A stretch of 59,782 nucleotides of DNA, filler included, from Sphacelaria rigidula (lineage: Eukaryota): NCBI GenBank assembly GCA_964200075.2. It is 7 parts of 7 records of this genome, joined end to end, with 100 filler letters (N's around TTAATTAATTAA, not from the genome) between each part and the next. Parts side by side here need not be neighbours in the genome. Positions count along the whole stretch, not along the records: positions 8,557 to 17,012 come from CAXNAA020011079.1; positions 17,113 to 25,567 come from CAXNAA020011080.1; positions 25,668 to 34,121 come from CAXNAA020011081.1; 4 more parts are not named here. One strand, written 5' to 3'. A model generated the notes under the pieces. The model was not told where the DNA came from, made no database searches, and saw only the letters and a list, made by a program, of their open reading frames with translations. This document shows, piece after piece, positions 14,179 through 26,650 of the stretch (the stretch's first letter is position 1; each line of letters opens with the position of its first letter). The position numbers and the translations under genes were made by a program.

Positions 14179-14432
14179 CTGTTGCAAATCGTGAGCAGCG
14201 GAATAATGGCGAACGGCAGCTGCAAGCTTTGAAGCACGTTAAGCCACGCGCTCATCTTGTCGGTAGCCCGGACATCACCCCCCATGAAAACAGTCACCGC
14301 CAACGAGGGGCCCAGCGCAATTATCCGCGTGAGCAGCACCCTCTTCCACTTGGCAATTTTGAGCTGCAAAAACCCCTCCATCACGAACTGCCCCGCATAC
14401 GTACCCGTCATGGTGCTGCTTTGACCTGCCGC
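14179..14432 (-). CDS. NRAMP: NRAMP transporter, internal exon
   Basis: cag|GCG...AG|gt, 254 nt. Encodes [22 protein letters not shown] (NRAMP consensus transport motif) and [18 protein letters not shown]. Confidence 0.95.
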
Positions 14433-14491
14433 CTGCAGGATTGTTGGACGGCCAAGTAAAGACGTCATTTATCGCGAGGACCCCAGCGGAT

Positions 14492-14926
14492 TGTTGACAC
14501 CTGCTAACGCTACCCGGCCGTAGTCATAAGCCTGCCATGTGACAGCACGAGGATGGCCGCTGGGCCTAAGGCGTATGTTTCGTGGGCAGCGAGTGCTATG
14601 CGTGTGCTGGCATGAGTACCGTACGCTCTCGTGTGAGTTGTGGTAGAGAAGGGAAGACTAAAATAATTGGTTGAGCGGTTCGGGCCCACCCATAGTTGAT
14701 ATTACTTGATTTGAGTGTGAACATGGAGATTCGGATCTTTAGTGAGGGCGACAGTCCCGAGTGCCCGTAGCGTGATCATAGCGCGTTTTTGTCCAAGTCT
14801 ATGCCTGCGGCGCAGATTTGAGGTTAGGGCTAGTGCTATAATAGTTCAACAATGTGTCAGCCATGCGGTAGGTTGTAACCAAACTGGGATGAACCCATCT
14901 CGGCCCCCCAGCAGGTGGTCAGTACA
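14492..14926. mobile_element. Possible solo LTR in NRAMP intron
   Basis: TGTTGACACCTGCT...AGCAGGTGGTCAGTACA (TG..CA ends with a short imperfect inverted repeat). Flanks gcgga/gccga form an imperfect 5-bp duplication only if the left boundary is shifted by 1 nt. Confidence 0.3.
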
Positions 14927-15414
14927 GCCGACACGATGACCCCGTGACTTTTTCGTGCACGTTTACGCGTATATGACGCAATACATGAGACGCGATACGG
15001 GGCCATCACTCACTCGCCCTCCAAGCGCTGCGTGTTTTTCACGACACGCGGTGACCATCTTCTCTCCACTCTCCAGAGCGACAAAGATCATCACATGACG
15101 CTGACGATAAGAACCTTTCCTCACCAGCGTCCGCTGTTGGTACATCCACATATCCATCCCGTACTAACTGCAAAGGTGAACGGGTGCCACAACGATACAA
15201 TGGACAGTAACATAGGTAACAAAATCCCTGTCCACGAAATCCGGGCTGTCTGCGCGCCTTCCCCATCCAGTGCTCCTGCTCTTCAAGATCTAGCACGGGG
15301 AGAGCCATCTGAATGTTGGCATGTGTACACCAGGACTCCCACCACTACCAAAGAGGACCCCAATATGAGCACAGATAACGATGAAGATGAGCACGGCATG
15401 CTCAGCGGTCTCAC

Positions 15415-15708
15415 CAGCAATCCCACAGCCCAGATGTACTTGGCCGAAGCGCCCAGCGTCCCCTTCAGCGCTTCCGCAGCAGCCGACAGCCCTATCTCCT
15501 GACACACACCTGTCCCATCGACTTCGCACGTACCGTAGGTGGGCTGCGAGGGATCTATCGCCTCTCCCACGAAGCAGGCAGAAGCAACCTCGGCGGTGGC
15601 GCACTCCGGCGCGTAAAAGTGCCTCGCGAACGTGCTCACCACAGCCAGGTTAATGAGGAAAGCCACGAAGAGGGCTATCCCGCTATCCACGGTATAGTAT
15701 TTTACCGC
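15415..15708 (-). CDS. NRAMP: NRAMP transporter, internal exon (upstream exons not found in this contig)
   Basis: ccag|GCG...CTG|gtgag, 294 nt, phase 0/0. AVKYYTVDSGIALFVAFLINLAVVSTFA...AKYIWAVGLL joins directly to AAGQSST. Confidence 0.93.
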
Positions 15709-16963
15709 CTGGAGAGCGTGGTGCATGCAGGTTTGTCGGAAAGCGGGACGGGACGAAAGGCTCACGGCGATTGATGATATAGCGGGAAGATTCTGGGAAC
15801 GTGCTCCATCTCGAGAAGCGGAGGCAGGGAAGCAAAGGGCCCTTCTTAACGAAGGGTACTTTCTCCTTTTTTCAAAACCCCCTTTTTCAAAAACGACCGC
15901 CGATTGATCGCTGCGATACCACCCCCCGAAAAAAATCCCCTCAATGTGCACAGAAATCCCCTTTTCAAAAGAGGATTTCTGTGCACCTCGAAGGGGAACA
16001 TGCATGTCCCGTTGACAGGGGCACATGCAAAGGCTCACTACTTACCACACAACCCAACACAATCAGAGCTGAACCTGAGGAACTTGGTGACCCCGCAAAC
16101 CAAAAATACACTGCTCGAGCCGTAGCTGCTCATCAACTGTGCACGTTGTGCGTGACCTTGCTCAAATTTGTTCAGAATTCATTGAGAAATGAATATTTGC
16201 GTGAGACGCGCGCACAGCACACGCTTACAAAACGGTCAGCAACGACACGTTTCCGGTTATTTTTGACACGCACGCAGCCGCCATTCGTCCAATACAGAAC
16301 GGATTTCCGTCAAACAAAGACTGCCGTGTGTAGGTTAGAAAGGGCTAGCAGTGAAACAAATGCGCGTGAGTGGTGGGTGCCTGTGCGTGTTATTTTGGGG
16401 CTGGATGTGTAGGTGTCGTTTTGCCTTGTTGCGTCTCGTCTGCAGCATTACACAGACCTTGGACTAACGATCACTTCTAGACCCACCGCATTTCTGAACC
16501 TGCGTGCAGATCTGGGGTTCAATCTGTACCAAACTGCTTTTCGATAAGACTCGGGACTGGTCGTTATGGAGCCAATCCCCTGGCAAAAAGGGATTATATT
16601 TAACAAGGCCCCTAATCAGAGTCTAATCAAACATTTGAAAATCTAGGCAGCAGGGGAGACATTTAGGCGCACTTCTTGTGCTGAATAAGGGTAAAGTATA
16701 TTGGGTACTCCACTCATCACTGCTGAAACTCCACGTTACACCGGTAGCGTTTCGAACGTTATCGGAACAGATGACATCATGTCAGATCAGGGCAGGTCAA
16801 GGCGAGAGTTCAGTCATCCTTGTCGTCATCACCCATTCACACCCTCAGCACGTGCGACACGCCAAACTTGGCCGCGAACCCGCCAGCAATGAACCCCGTA
16901 AAACTACACACAATAAATAGCCGTGCGCACACCGCAAGCACATACTCCCCCCCCCCACCCCAC

Positions 16964-17012
<49 letters not shown>

Positions 17013-17112
17013 NNNNNNNNNNNNNNNNNNNNNNNNNNNNNNNNNNNNNNNNNNNNTTAATTAATTAANNNNNNNNNNNNNNNNNNNNNNNNNNNNNNNN
17101 NNNNNNNNNNNN
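17013..17112. other. Artificial contig linker
   Basis: N44-TTAATTAATTAA-N44. Confidence 0.98.
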
Positions 17113-18014
17113 CTCCCCTTTGGCATCCAAGATCACGAGTTTACTCCCCCCCCTCCCCTCCCGCCGGCCTCCTTTTTATTTCTCGACCTCTTCTTTTCCC
17201 GGTCTCGTTTTTTTCGATCTCAATTTTTCACCGGCCTCGATTGTGTTTTTCCTTCCCCCCTCCCACCCGGTCGCTCTCTACCTCCTACAGTGCTCGGGGT
17301 TTTGTGATTCCGTATCCCAGTTGGCGCCTTAAATGGGCAGCACTTTGTTGGGATTTCTGTGCTGCCTGCCTTCGGCGTTCGAAGGTACATTCTAGGAGAG
17401 CGGACGTGCTCCGGACGGTAGGGTGTAAGCCACCTCACAACGATAATCTTCTTATGATAAAATATGCGGGAAATAGAACCTCGCTGAGGAATCTTTGCAC
17501 AGCCCCTTAACCTCTTGGTACGGCTCTTCACCACGATAAGGCCATCCTTGATATAAGGTGCCTTACTTTCAACCTGCGGCACGCGTCCCATCTTCTAGAA
17601 AGTACGTTGGAAGGTCGACGGCAGACAGCACAGAAACCCCAACAAATGTGATCGGTTGAAAGCGTCATAGACGTACGACTTCGCACAAACCCAAGCGCCG
17701 TAAAAGGTAGAGGGCGACCGGGGGGAGGGGGGCGGGGGAGTGTTTTCATGATCTTGCATGCCGTAGTCATATGGCCGTTGACCTTGCGTCCCTACAAAGC
17801 CGGACCAGGCTTGCAATCAATCACCAAACGCGAAGCGCCGTGGTGTGCTCGGCGAATCGAGCGAGGGGCGGGGGGGGTAAGACAAGAATCGAAACCGGGA
17901 AAGATTGAGGTCAGCAGACAACAAGAGAAAAAACGAGACCGGCGGGAGGGGGGGCAGGAGGGGAGAGGGCGGGCTGATTTCGGAAACGCATGTATCTTTT
18001 TCGTTCTCATGATG

Positions 18015-18456
18015 ACACGGGAACTTACAAATTGGGGATGGATCTTTTATTGGGGATGAGAAACCTGAAGAATTAATATCTTCGTATCCACACCAAATCT
18101 TCGAAATATGGTTACATTTCTTCACCTACTGATAGCTTTTGACAACTTCTACACGTCATGCAAATATGGATCTCGATAACCGAACTTTTGGGGTCCTAGG
18201 TGAAAAACCAATTCTGGGGAATTTCGGGTGTCCGAACGGACGCTCAAATGGTTCCGAAATTGTTTTTTGACCTACGACCGCAAGATTTCGGTTATCAAAA
18301 TCCAAATTTCTATGGCGTGTAGCAGTTGTCAATAGCTTTCAGTAGGTGAAGAAATAGAACCATACTTCGAAGATTTGGTGTGAATACGAAGATTTTAGTT
18401 CTCCGGGTTTCTCATCCCCAACAAAAGATCCACCCCCAATTTGTAAGATCCCGTGT
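18015..18456. mobile_element. Palindromic MITE (~200-bp inverted arms)
   Basis: ACACGGGAACTTACAAATTGGGG...CCCCAATTTGTAAGATCCCGTGT; complementarity continues inward to a centre near 18235. No clean TSD. Confidence 0.8.
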
Positions 18457-19007
18457 TTAATGTAAAAAGTCGTTTTATTCTTGAGGATCTCCTGTCATGG
18501 TAAGAGCGATGCCCTGCGACAGCTGCGAGTTACCATCACGACCCATCACGACCCCTGCATCCCCCCACGCCACTGTTATGCGGCAAACCTCTCCCCCTGA
18601 GCCGCGGATGCACTCTTTACATTCCCAGATAAACTCAGGGACTAAACTCTATCATCTTGATCGGTCACGTACGAAATTCTAGATGCGATACAGGCTGATT
18701 CACGCTTCCGACTCAAAATTCACCCATCCGCAAACGTTCACACCTTTTCTTGAAGTTAGACTCTAAACGTTTGCGCCCATATAGTATACTACTGCTACGA
18801 GACATTTCAAAACTTGTGAGTTATATTTTCTTTGCGTTCAATGTTTTCGCCGATTATCGTGAATCCCCGGTTTTAAGAGGATTTGGGGACATCACCTGCC
18901 GTTCTTGGAACCCCGAAAACCGGCGAAAAAGAAAAAAGAAATGCGTGAAAACTCTCAAAGTTACGCCTTAGTATGTTGATTGCTTCATTAATTTTCGCGC
19001 TTCAATT

Positions 19008-19409
19008 TGGGCAAATGATGCATTGGACATAGATATCATACGTATATTCTCGGGCATGTAGCCAACCAGCCTGGTAGGAGCCAGTACGGTTCAGTACAGA
19101 GTACCAACAGGAACGGTCCGGGAACTGGTGCTTTAGCCAGTATTCCGCAGAGCCAGACCGGCTCCCCAGCTCTATATTGTAAGCACTATAGTTGAGACTT
19201 AGGGCTGGGATTCAGAGAGAGAAAGTTCAGATAAAGCTGTACACACGAGGGTGACATCTGAATAAATAATGAAGACCACGGCGATGCAGCGCCCCACTCG
19301 GGTCCGTCGTCTGCTCAACCCATCAAGGTCTCTCATGACAGTTGTCTTGCTCCGCTACAAGAGGGTGCACTGCGAGGAAGCGCGCCACGGCCACATCAAA
19401 TACCTCACA
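19008..19409 (+). repeat. 5' LTR
   Basis: TGGGCAAATGATGCATTGGACA...GCCACATCAAATACCTCACA aligns along its length with 22669-23082; right boundary approximate. Confidence 0.85.
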
Positions 19410-19679
19410 AGTGCCCAGGTTCGTGAGCCTCGAAGAGTATGGAGATAGGCCCACGTAAGTTGCTAGTTTGGGCGGGCGCTCGTGGGCACTCACGAGAAAC
19501 ATGGGGCGAGTGAAGACTCTCAATCGCTGGATACGCAGGGGGGGGGGGGCTATATATCCCCCGCTGCGACCGGATTACACCACACTAGCCGTTCCGACAG
19601 CTACCACAACACTCGATCAGCGTAGGCCGTACGAAACGCACCAACGCAACACACAGTCCTTGTGATTCCTCCTGACAGA

Positions 19680-22056
19680 GGCTACGAAAGAGTCAGCCGC
19701 AGCCATCGTCGCACGATACGAGCACGGCGGCAACCCCGACGGCAGGGATACCTCGCTGGAGATGGAACGGATCTACTGACGTGCACAGGACGAGCGGCCT
19801 ATGCAACTACTTGCATTGGAACGAAGACCGAGTGAGCTCCAATTCAATTCAGCAGAGGAATCAGCAGATTTTTTGGCGAAGCTGAACACCACCTGAGGGG
19901 GGTTCGAAGCGCTTGGAAGCGCCAAAGCCGAGGAGACTAAGAAGGCAGCCCTTCTACTCGGGATCAAGGAGGCGCTTCCACAAGCATGTCGTACGATGAG
20001 CTAAAACGGGCAGCCGTAGCATCATTAGTATACCTAAGATCTGACATGGAACACCGCGATGATGCAGTAGCGTTCCCGTCGAGAACCGACGGCAACAAAA
20101 CCGACTCGGGGCTCGATAACAATCAATGCGCCTACTGTTTAAAGCGAAACCATACGTGGCGGGAGTGTCGCCCCTACCTTAACGGCAAACTTCCCGCTAA
20201 ACGACCGCCGGGGATGAGCCCCGCACGAACGTTCCTACCTCCTCCACAAAACGACAGAAGTAATGGAAGGAGGGAAAGACCAAGGGCGTTCATGACGATG
20301 ACCGTGGTAGTCGAAGTTGAGCAAGCAGTATCGGTGTGCACATCGACCAATAGTCACACAGAAGTATCAATCATCTGCGACTCGGGAGCGAATGCCCACA
20401 TGACTGCCTTGAAACAGGATCTCAGAAATACGCGTACGTTTAATCCAAGCTGTACATTTGAGAACAAGAGGAAACTGCAGGCACCGGAGATCGAAGAGAT
20501 CTCATCGCACGTGAGCATTCGGGGAAAGGAGGCTTCCTCAAAGAAAACTCTGAAGTACGTACGTTGGGTCCAAAAACTACCCTGCGGGCTGCTGACTACC
20601 GGAACGATTCGGCATGACGAAGGAGAATTCGTGGATTCCGGTAGGAAGGAGAGCTACCTCCGATTCAGAAAGGATGGACCGAAGATCTCCCGAGCCGAGA
20701 ATAGAGGGCTCCTGATCCTGTCGGCATCGCTGCAGGGGAGTGGCAAAAAGGCGGCGTCGGCGCACGCTTCGTTCGCAAACGAGGAGCAGCGCCTCACACC
20801 GAAAGAGTGGCACGATACCCTAGAACACATTGATTCAGCTGCCATAAAACACCTCGAGAAGCGTGGGCTGATCTATGTGATACTACGGTGGCGTCCGAGA
20901 CGTGCTGCAGCATCTGCATGGAATGCAAGTCTGAGGCGCTCAGCTACGGCCGCGGCGACAGGAGTCTCAAAGCACCAGGTGAAGTCGTGCACACTGACCT
21001 TAAAGGCCCTTTCCACACCGATGCCACGGGCCTGAAATACTTTCAGGTTTTCGTGGACGTGGTCAGTCGAGAGAAGTACGTTGTTGGATTCAAGACACAA
21101 GATGCTGCCACCCACGGGTACCCACATCGACGAATTGGCTCGTGAGGGAGTGACCACCAAATGCATCAGCGGAGGCAGCGCTGGGGGAACAAGATTGTCA
21201 GTAAATTTTCAACCCATGCTGGCCAATTGCGGCATCAAGTGGAGCTGCTCACCACCAAGGACACTGCAAAGTAATGGCATTGTCGAACGTGCAGTTCAAC
21301 AACTGATGGGGATAGCACGCAGCCAATTGGTGAAAGCGGGACGCGGAGAGGACTTCTAGTTCTTCGCCGTGGCGGACGGGACATTAAAGACCTCAGGGAT
21401 GCCCCACGAGTACCTCGGGGGCGAGACTCTATGTGAGAGACTGACAGGAAAGCATTTCAACCACGATCGGCTTCGTACTTGGGTGTCCAAGTGTCCCAAG
21501 CAGCAACGCGGCACCGCTGCAAAGTTCCACTCATATGCGAAGCGGGGCAACTTGGTAGGGCACTATTGGCACTCTCTGCTGGTGTGTATGGCTGATACAG
21601 GAATCAAAGCTCGTGAAGTCTTCACGCATCACGTTTAAATCAAAGGCCAAGATCCTAGATATCGTGGGAGAGCTGAAGGCTGTCGAACTGAGTGACAACG
21701 AGGACGAAGCATCGGAAGGAGAGAAAGTAGCGCCAACCGCCGGCGATGATGGCTCGGGTGGACAGCCACCACAGGACCCGACATCATCGAAGCGCTCTTC
21801 TCCGGACAGTGAACTGCGCAGATCCAGTTCACTGGCGCAACGGCATCGGGGTGACAACGCACAGCAACGCTTCAGGAGTTCTGACGACAGCAGTTCCGAT
21901 GACGGAAATCTCCTCGTCACCCTCCTACAAGATCAGCACAAAGGCGAATTCTGCATTATCGGGGGGGGAATCGTCACTGGACCACAGGAACCGTCGACAG
22001 CGAAAGAAGCCCTGGCAGGACCCGATGCTGACCGATATGAAGTGGTCATGAAATAG
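19680..22056 (+). pseudogene. copia gag-protease-integrase, with frameshifts and stops
   Basis: CAYCLKRNHTWREC (CX2CX4HX4C), IICDSGANAHM (aspartic protease), WHDTLEH...CSICMECK (integrase HHCC), VVHTDLKGPF and SNGIVER (integrase core), EPSTAKEAL (pre-RT motif). Spread over several frames. Confidence 0.9.
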
Positions 22057-22668
22057 GAAATCCAACGGAAAGACAGCGAGCCTCAGAGCCGAGAGGCCGG
22101 TGAACCGCTGGGACCATGGGTGCCACCGGCGGCGCCTGTAATTCATGCGACTCCAAGCGCGGACGAGCGCTGCAAAGGCCCAAAGACGGAGGCACCGCGA
22201 ACAAGAAAGGAGCAACAGATCGGACTAAAGGATCGCACCTTCTCGAGCGAAGATGGCCATGAACAGGGCCGGGTCGCCGAACCAACGGAGACGCTGGGCG
22301 ATAACGGAGGGGCGAAGCTCGAGAGTAAATTCGAGCCGAGCGCAGACGATTCTACCCTTGACCAAGAAGTGAAGGAACAGCCCGCGGCGAAGGAAGCGAC
22401 AAAGGTGGTGGAGGGACCACCGGAAGATGCGGGGTGGATGCCAACAAAGGACAGTTTCGTACAAAGCCAACAAACGTCCAAGTCACCGTTCTCGGCGAAG
22501 GATGTCAGAACGCAAAAGGCCGCGGAAGTCGGGACGAGTCCGGAGGGTGCAGGTCCACCACGTGACTTCTATGGCATTCGATGGGAAATGCTCGTTTATC
22601 TCGTATCTAGCGCGTTGGGTGTGATCGCATCAGCTCTCTGGTGTGAGCGCTGTACGATCATGGGGGAG

Positions 22669-23082
22669 TGTGCAAGTTATGTATTGGACACAGATCTCAT
22701 TCGTAGATTCTCGGGCATGGAGTCAACCAGCCTGGTAGGATCCAGCACAGTTCAGTACAAAGTACCAACAGGAACGGTCCGGGAACCGGTACTGGAGCCA
22801 GTATTCCGCAGAGCCAGACCGGCTCCCCAGCTCTATATTGTAAGCTCTATAGTTGGGGTTTAGGGCTGGATTCAGAGAGAGAAGGTTCAGATAGAGCTGT
22901 ACACACGCGGGCGACATGTGAATGAATAATGAAAAGCACGCCGAATTAGCGCCCCACTCGGGTCCATCGTCTGCTCAACCCATCAAGGTCTCTCGTGACA
23001 GATGTCTTACTCCGCTATAAAAGCGTGATAAAAGGGTGCACTGCGAGGAAGCGCACCACGGCCACATCAATTACCCCCCCCA
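22669..23082 (+). repeat. 3' LTR
   Basis: Begins TGTGCAAGTTATGTATTGGACA immediately after the PPT; right end abuts another repeat, so no TSD could be confirmed. Confidence 0.85.
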
Positions 23083-25235
23083 GGGATCCAGCCGTGGTCA
23101 AATGATAGACGTATCCGAGACAACACAAAATTGAAACACTCGCCCCAAGAAAAGAAGAAAAAAGAAAGGTCAGAACAACAAAGACTAGAAGCATAGAAAT
23201 GGCCGGCTTTTGCCACATGGTTTCGATGGAAACGTTCCTGCGCAGAACCCGTTCATACCCAGTCGTCGAGAACACGAGGTCGTGGGAAAAGGTTGCGGCT
23301 CATCTACCACGACCGCACTATTTTGGGCATGAACCCTCTCATCCATGAACAAACACAGCGAAGTAAGGCACCACACTGCTCTGGTATACACCGACATGAC
23401 AGAACACACACACATATATAGAGAGAGAAAGATGGGGAAAGTGAGAGCGGGTAAGGAGACTACAGAAGAAGTGGTGAAGCCCAAAGAGTTCAGGGCAGCA
23501 GAGCAAATACAGACACACACCAGGGGGCACCGCAGAACAACCAACCAAGGACACAATGAAAAAACTATGTATGCGCATTTTTTCAGAGCCTACCTCCAAG
23601 AATCGGCGTGAATATTTGGGCTTTCATGCGATAAAGTGGACTTGGGAGGTACAAACTTCAAACTACGTTGTCTTAGGATTGAAACGATATTTCGGGTACA
23701 TTCGACGTTTTAACGACCCCGTTGCACCAGCTACAAATGTTCCTTGGACTACCCCAGGACGCATTTTTTCACTGTTGGGCACTGTGTACCTGATTGTGGG
23801 GGTCTTCATACGGGAACCTCCGGAAGCCGGTGATAAGCGGAGCATATTTCCCTTTGGAGTATCAATACTCACCGAAGAGTGGTGCCGCGACACCCCCTCC
23901 CCCCCCCCCTTCCCTAGAAAAGTGACTGGTTTGAGGAAGAAAAATCTACATGCGGATCAAAATAATAAAAGCCGAGAACATCGAGTTGCTGGGAACTCCC
24001 ACGCTTGACATCACTTTCGCCAATAATGTCGCCCATATGAGGCGCTTGCAGACTGAAGTCAGCGATCATGCGCTGTATGGCCCCTTTCTTCGCGACAGTT
24101 TTAGAGCTACCGCGGCATCACTCCGAATTGCCGAGGCAGAGGGCGATCGGAGCTTCCCTCGATACATGAAAGGAGAATCGTCGGGAGTAATACTGCGGCA
24201 GGGGTGCACTTTTTCTTGGGCTCTTTGTTGTAGGAACCTCACGGTGACATCGGGGCCTTAGTGTGCAACCTCGGAAGCTTTCTGGAACGAAAATTGCACC
24301 ACTACCGTGATATTACTCTCGGAAGCGTTTCTGGGTCTTTGGTTTATATCATCAGTCAGTGCAAATTCGGCGACGCCGAAGCCCCGCATTACCGAAATAC
24401 AAAGGGTTTGAGTGTAATTCGATTTCGTGGAAACCCGTTTCAAGTCTGTTTTTCCGTTAGGTCCCCGAGTTGATAGCGGTTACTGCAATGTGAAGCGTGT
24501 GGAGATTGGGTAATAATTGGGCTGGGAGTTCGCATTTTCAACTTGGGAAGAAATTCAAGGCCACTTATTGATCGAGGTACCTTTTCGCCCCCTTTTCGCC
24601 CTTGCACACGGGATTATGCAATTTCAATATTGATTTTTCATTGAGCATGAACCGTGGGAACCTTCAAAAGCATCGAAATGTTCTCGATAACAAAATGCAA
24701 GTGCACTATCCGGCCGTAATGCCTGGTCTCGTTCGTACTAAAGAACAAATACACGAACAATTAATTTGTAAATCCCGTCTCAACAGAGGGTTCTGACAAG
24801 ATGAACATTTTTTTTCTATGGGGCGGAAGTCGGAATTGTCCGGTGCTGTTGTTGTCTTCACCTTACAAAATCAAAATAAGCACACAAAGGGGAGTTTCGG
24901 AACACGTTTTTTTTTGTCATTTCAGAGTGCGAATATCTCGGGATCAGAGTGTGACTCCCTTCCGTCAAACGTGGTATCTCCTCAACTTTTTTTCGATGAG
25001 GTGTTTCTTTTTATTGCACTCTGATCCCGAGATAGTTCCACTCTGAGATGGCAAAAAAGCGTTTTCCGAAACTCTCTAATATTTCATAATTTGCGGGTGG
25101 ATTCTTCCGACGATGAGCGAGCATATATACATCGTGGCTGGAGAGTGTATTTACATTCTTACTTGGAAAATATTTCGATGCTTACGAAGTTTCCACACCC
25201 TGGACAACATATACACATATATATATATATATATA

Positions 25236-25546
25236 CGAGCTGGGCCAGCCGAGAAGCGATTCTGCAGTTTGCAGGCTCATTATACGGCCAATACTTGGAG
25301 CTGGACCCTGAAATTTGGTATTGACAATGAGTAGGGCATAATAAAAAAAAATACTCACGTACACAAGAGATTTTGTTTTCATGAGTTAGGGGCATTTTAT
25401 CGATATCTGAAAAGTGATTATTGCCCTTAACTCATGGAAAAAAAAACCCTTGTGTGCGCCAGTAATGTTTTTTATTATGCCCTACTCATTGTCCATACCA
25501 AATTTCAGGGTCCAACTCCAAGCATTGGCCGTATAATGGGCCATTT
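25236..25546. mobile_element. Palindromic Tc1/mariner-like MITE beside a (TA)n tract, right end incomplete
   Basis: (TA)n-CGAGCTGGGCCAGCC start; 25280-25395 is the reverse complement of 25421-25540; same family as 8990-9815. Confidence 0.75.
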
Positions 25547-25567
25547 AGTGACAGAGTCAGAAGAAAT

Positions 25568-25667
25568 NNNNNNNNNNNNNNNNNNNNNNNNNNNNNNNNN
25601 NNNNNNNNNNNTTAATTAATTAANNNNNNNNNNNNNNNNNNNNNNNNNNNNNNNNNNNNNNNNNNNN
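25568..25667. other. Artificial contig linker
   Basis: N44-TTAATTAATTAA-N44. Confidence 0.98.
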
Positions 25668-25739
25668 AAGCACAAAAAAGGGAGGCGTTGTCAAGGGCAA
25701 AAACACAACGGCAAAAAAAAAAAAAGTTACCCCCCCCCC

Positions 25740-26650
25740 CCTCCCTCCCCAAACACGATAGGGGGTGTTATCTGCCGTTGTGGTCTGTCACGTGAGAATT
25801 TACGCACGAATGGTAAGGCCCCTGAAGGCAGAGGAGGCATCTTTCGAATGTACTGATTCATAATACTGCTTTGTGACCTCTTGCTTCCCCCACCCCCTTT
25901 ATCGGGGACAAAATCAATGCATCCCCCTCCCGAACAATCACAGCAGGAAGGGGGTGTTATCCAACGATTGATCCATTTGCGGCCGGGTGAACACGAATTT
26001 GAAGACGTTACAGGTACCGCTAGAAAAAATTCAATCTGCCCTCAGTAACGGTGCATTCTGCTCTTCTTAGCGGGATTGCAGATACCCCGGGGGAAGGCAT
26101 TGTTCTACCCCTCCCCGAGTACGCGCAGGGGTTATAATCTACCGCCAGGGCCCGTTAAACGCGAATGGTGATGCCCCTGAACAAGCGGGGGGCATCGTTA
26201 GAATGGATTCCCCCTTCCCTTCTGCCTCATGACTTCTGCCACCCCGCATGCCCTTCCCCGGGGATAATATCAACGCATACCCTCCCCGAACATTCTCTGG
26301 AAAAGGGGGTGTTATCCGACGTGTTCGCCACTTGCGTTCGGGCAACAATGAACATGAACACATCGTCGGTGCCAATAGAAAGCCCGTAACCCCCCTTAAG
26401 AAGTGTAAGCTTTGTTTTGTCAACGGAACCGCAGACATCCCGGGGAAGACATTGTTCCATCCCGTCTGTAAGTTCGCGCTAAGACCATAGTCTCGCTCCA
26501 GGGCCTGATAAATACGAATGGCGATGCCCCTAAATAAGTGAGTGGTCATTGCAACGAATGCATCCCGCGAGCTGATTTGAGATCATTCCCCTCCCTCCTC
26601 ATCGACGATGAGTTGAGCATATCTCCTCCCAAAACACTCTCACCCGGGGA
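25740..26650. repeat. Degenerate tandem repeat, ~355-bp period with ~180-bp substructure
   Basis: CGAATGG...GCCCCT recurs at ~25807, ~26162 and ~26514. CTCCC(C)GAACA...GGGGGTGTTATC-like motif recurs at ~25760, ~25950, ~26128 and ~26305. Confidence 0.6.

Larger units (their letters stand above)
19008..23082 (+). mobile_element. Ty1/copia LTR retrotransposon, degenerate, lacking RT/RNase H
   Basis: Two ~400-bp direct LTRs, polypurine tract GGGGGAG before the 3' LTR, and domain order gag zinc knuckle - protease - integrase - start of RT region, which is the copia order. Confidence 0.92.

Noticed and set aside
16946-17012. Long poly-C tract and poly-proline ORF
   Set aside because: Homopolymer at a contig end; length unreliable and no coding evidence.
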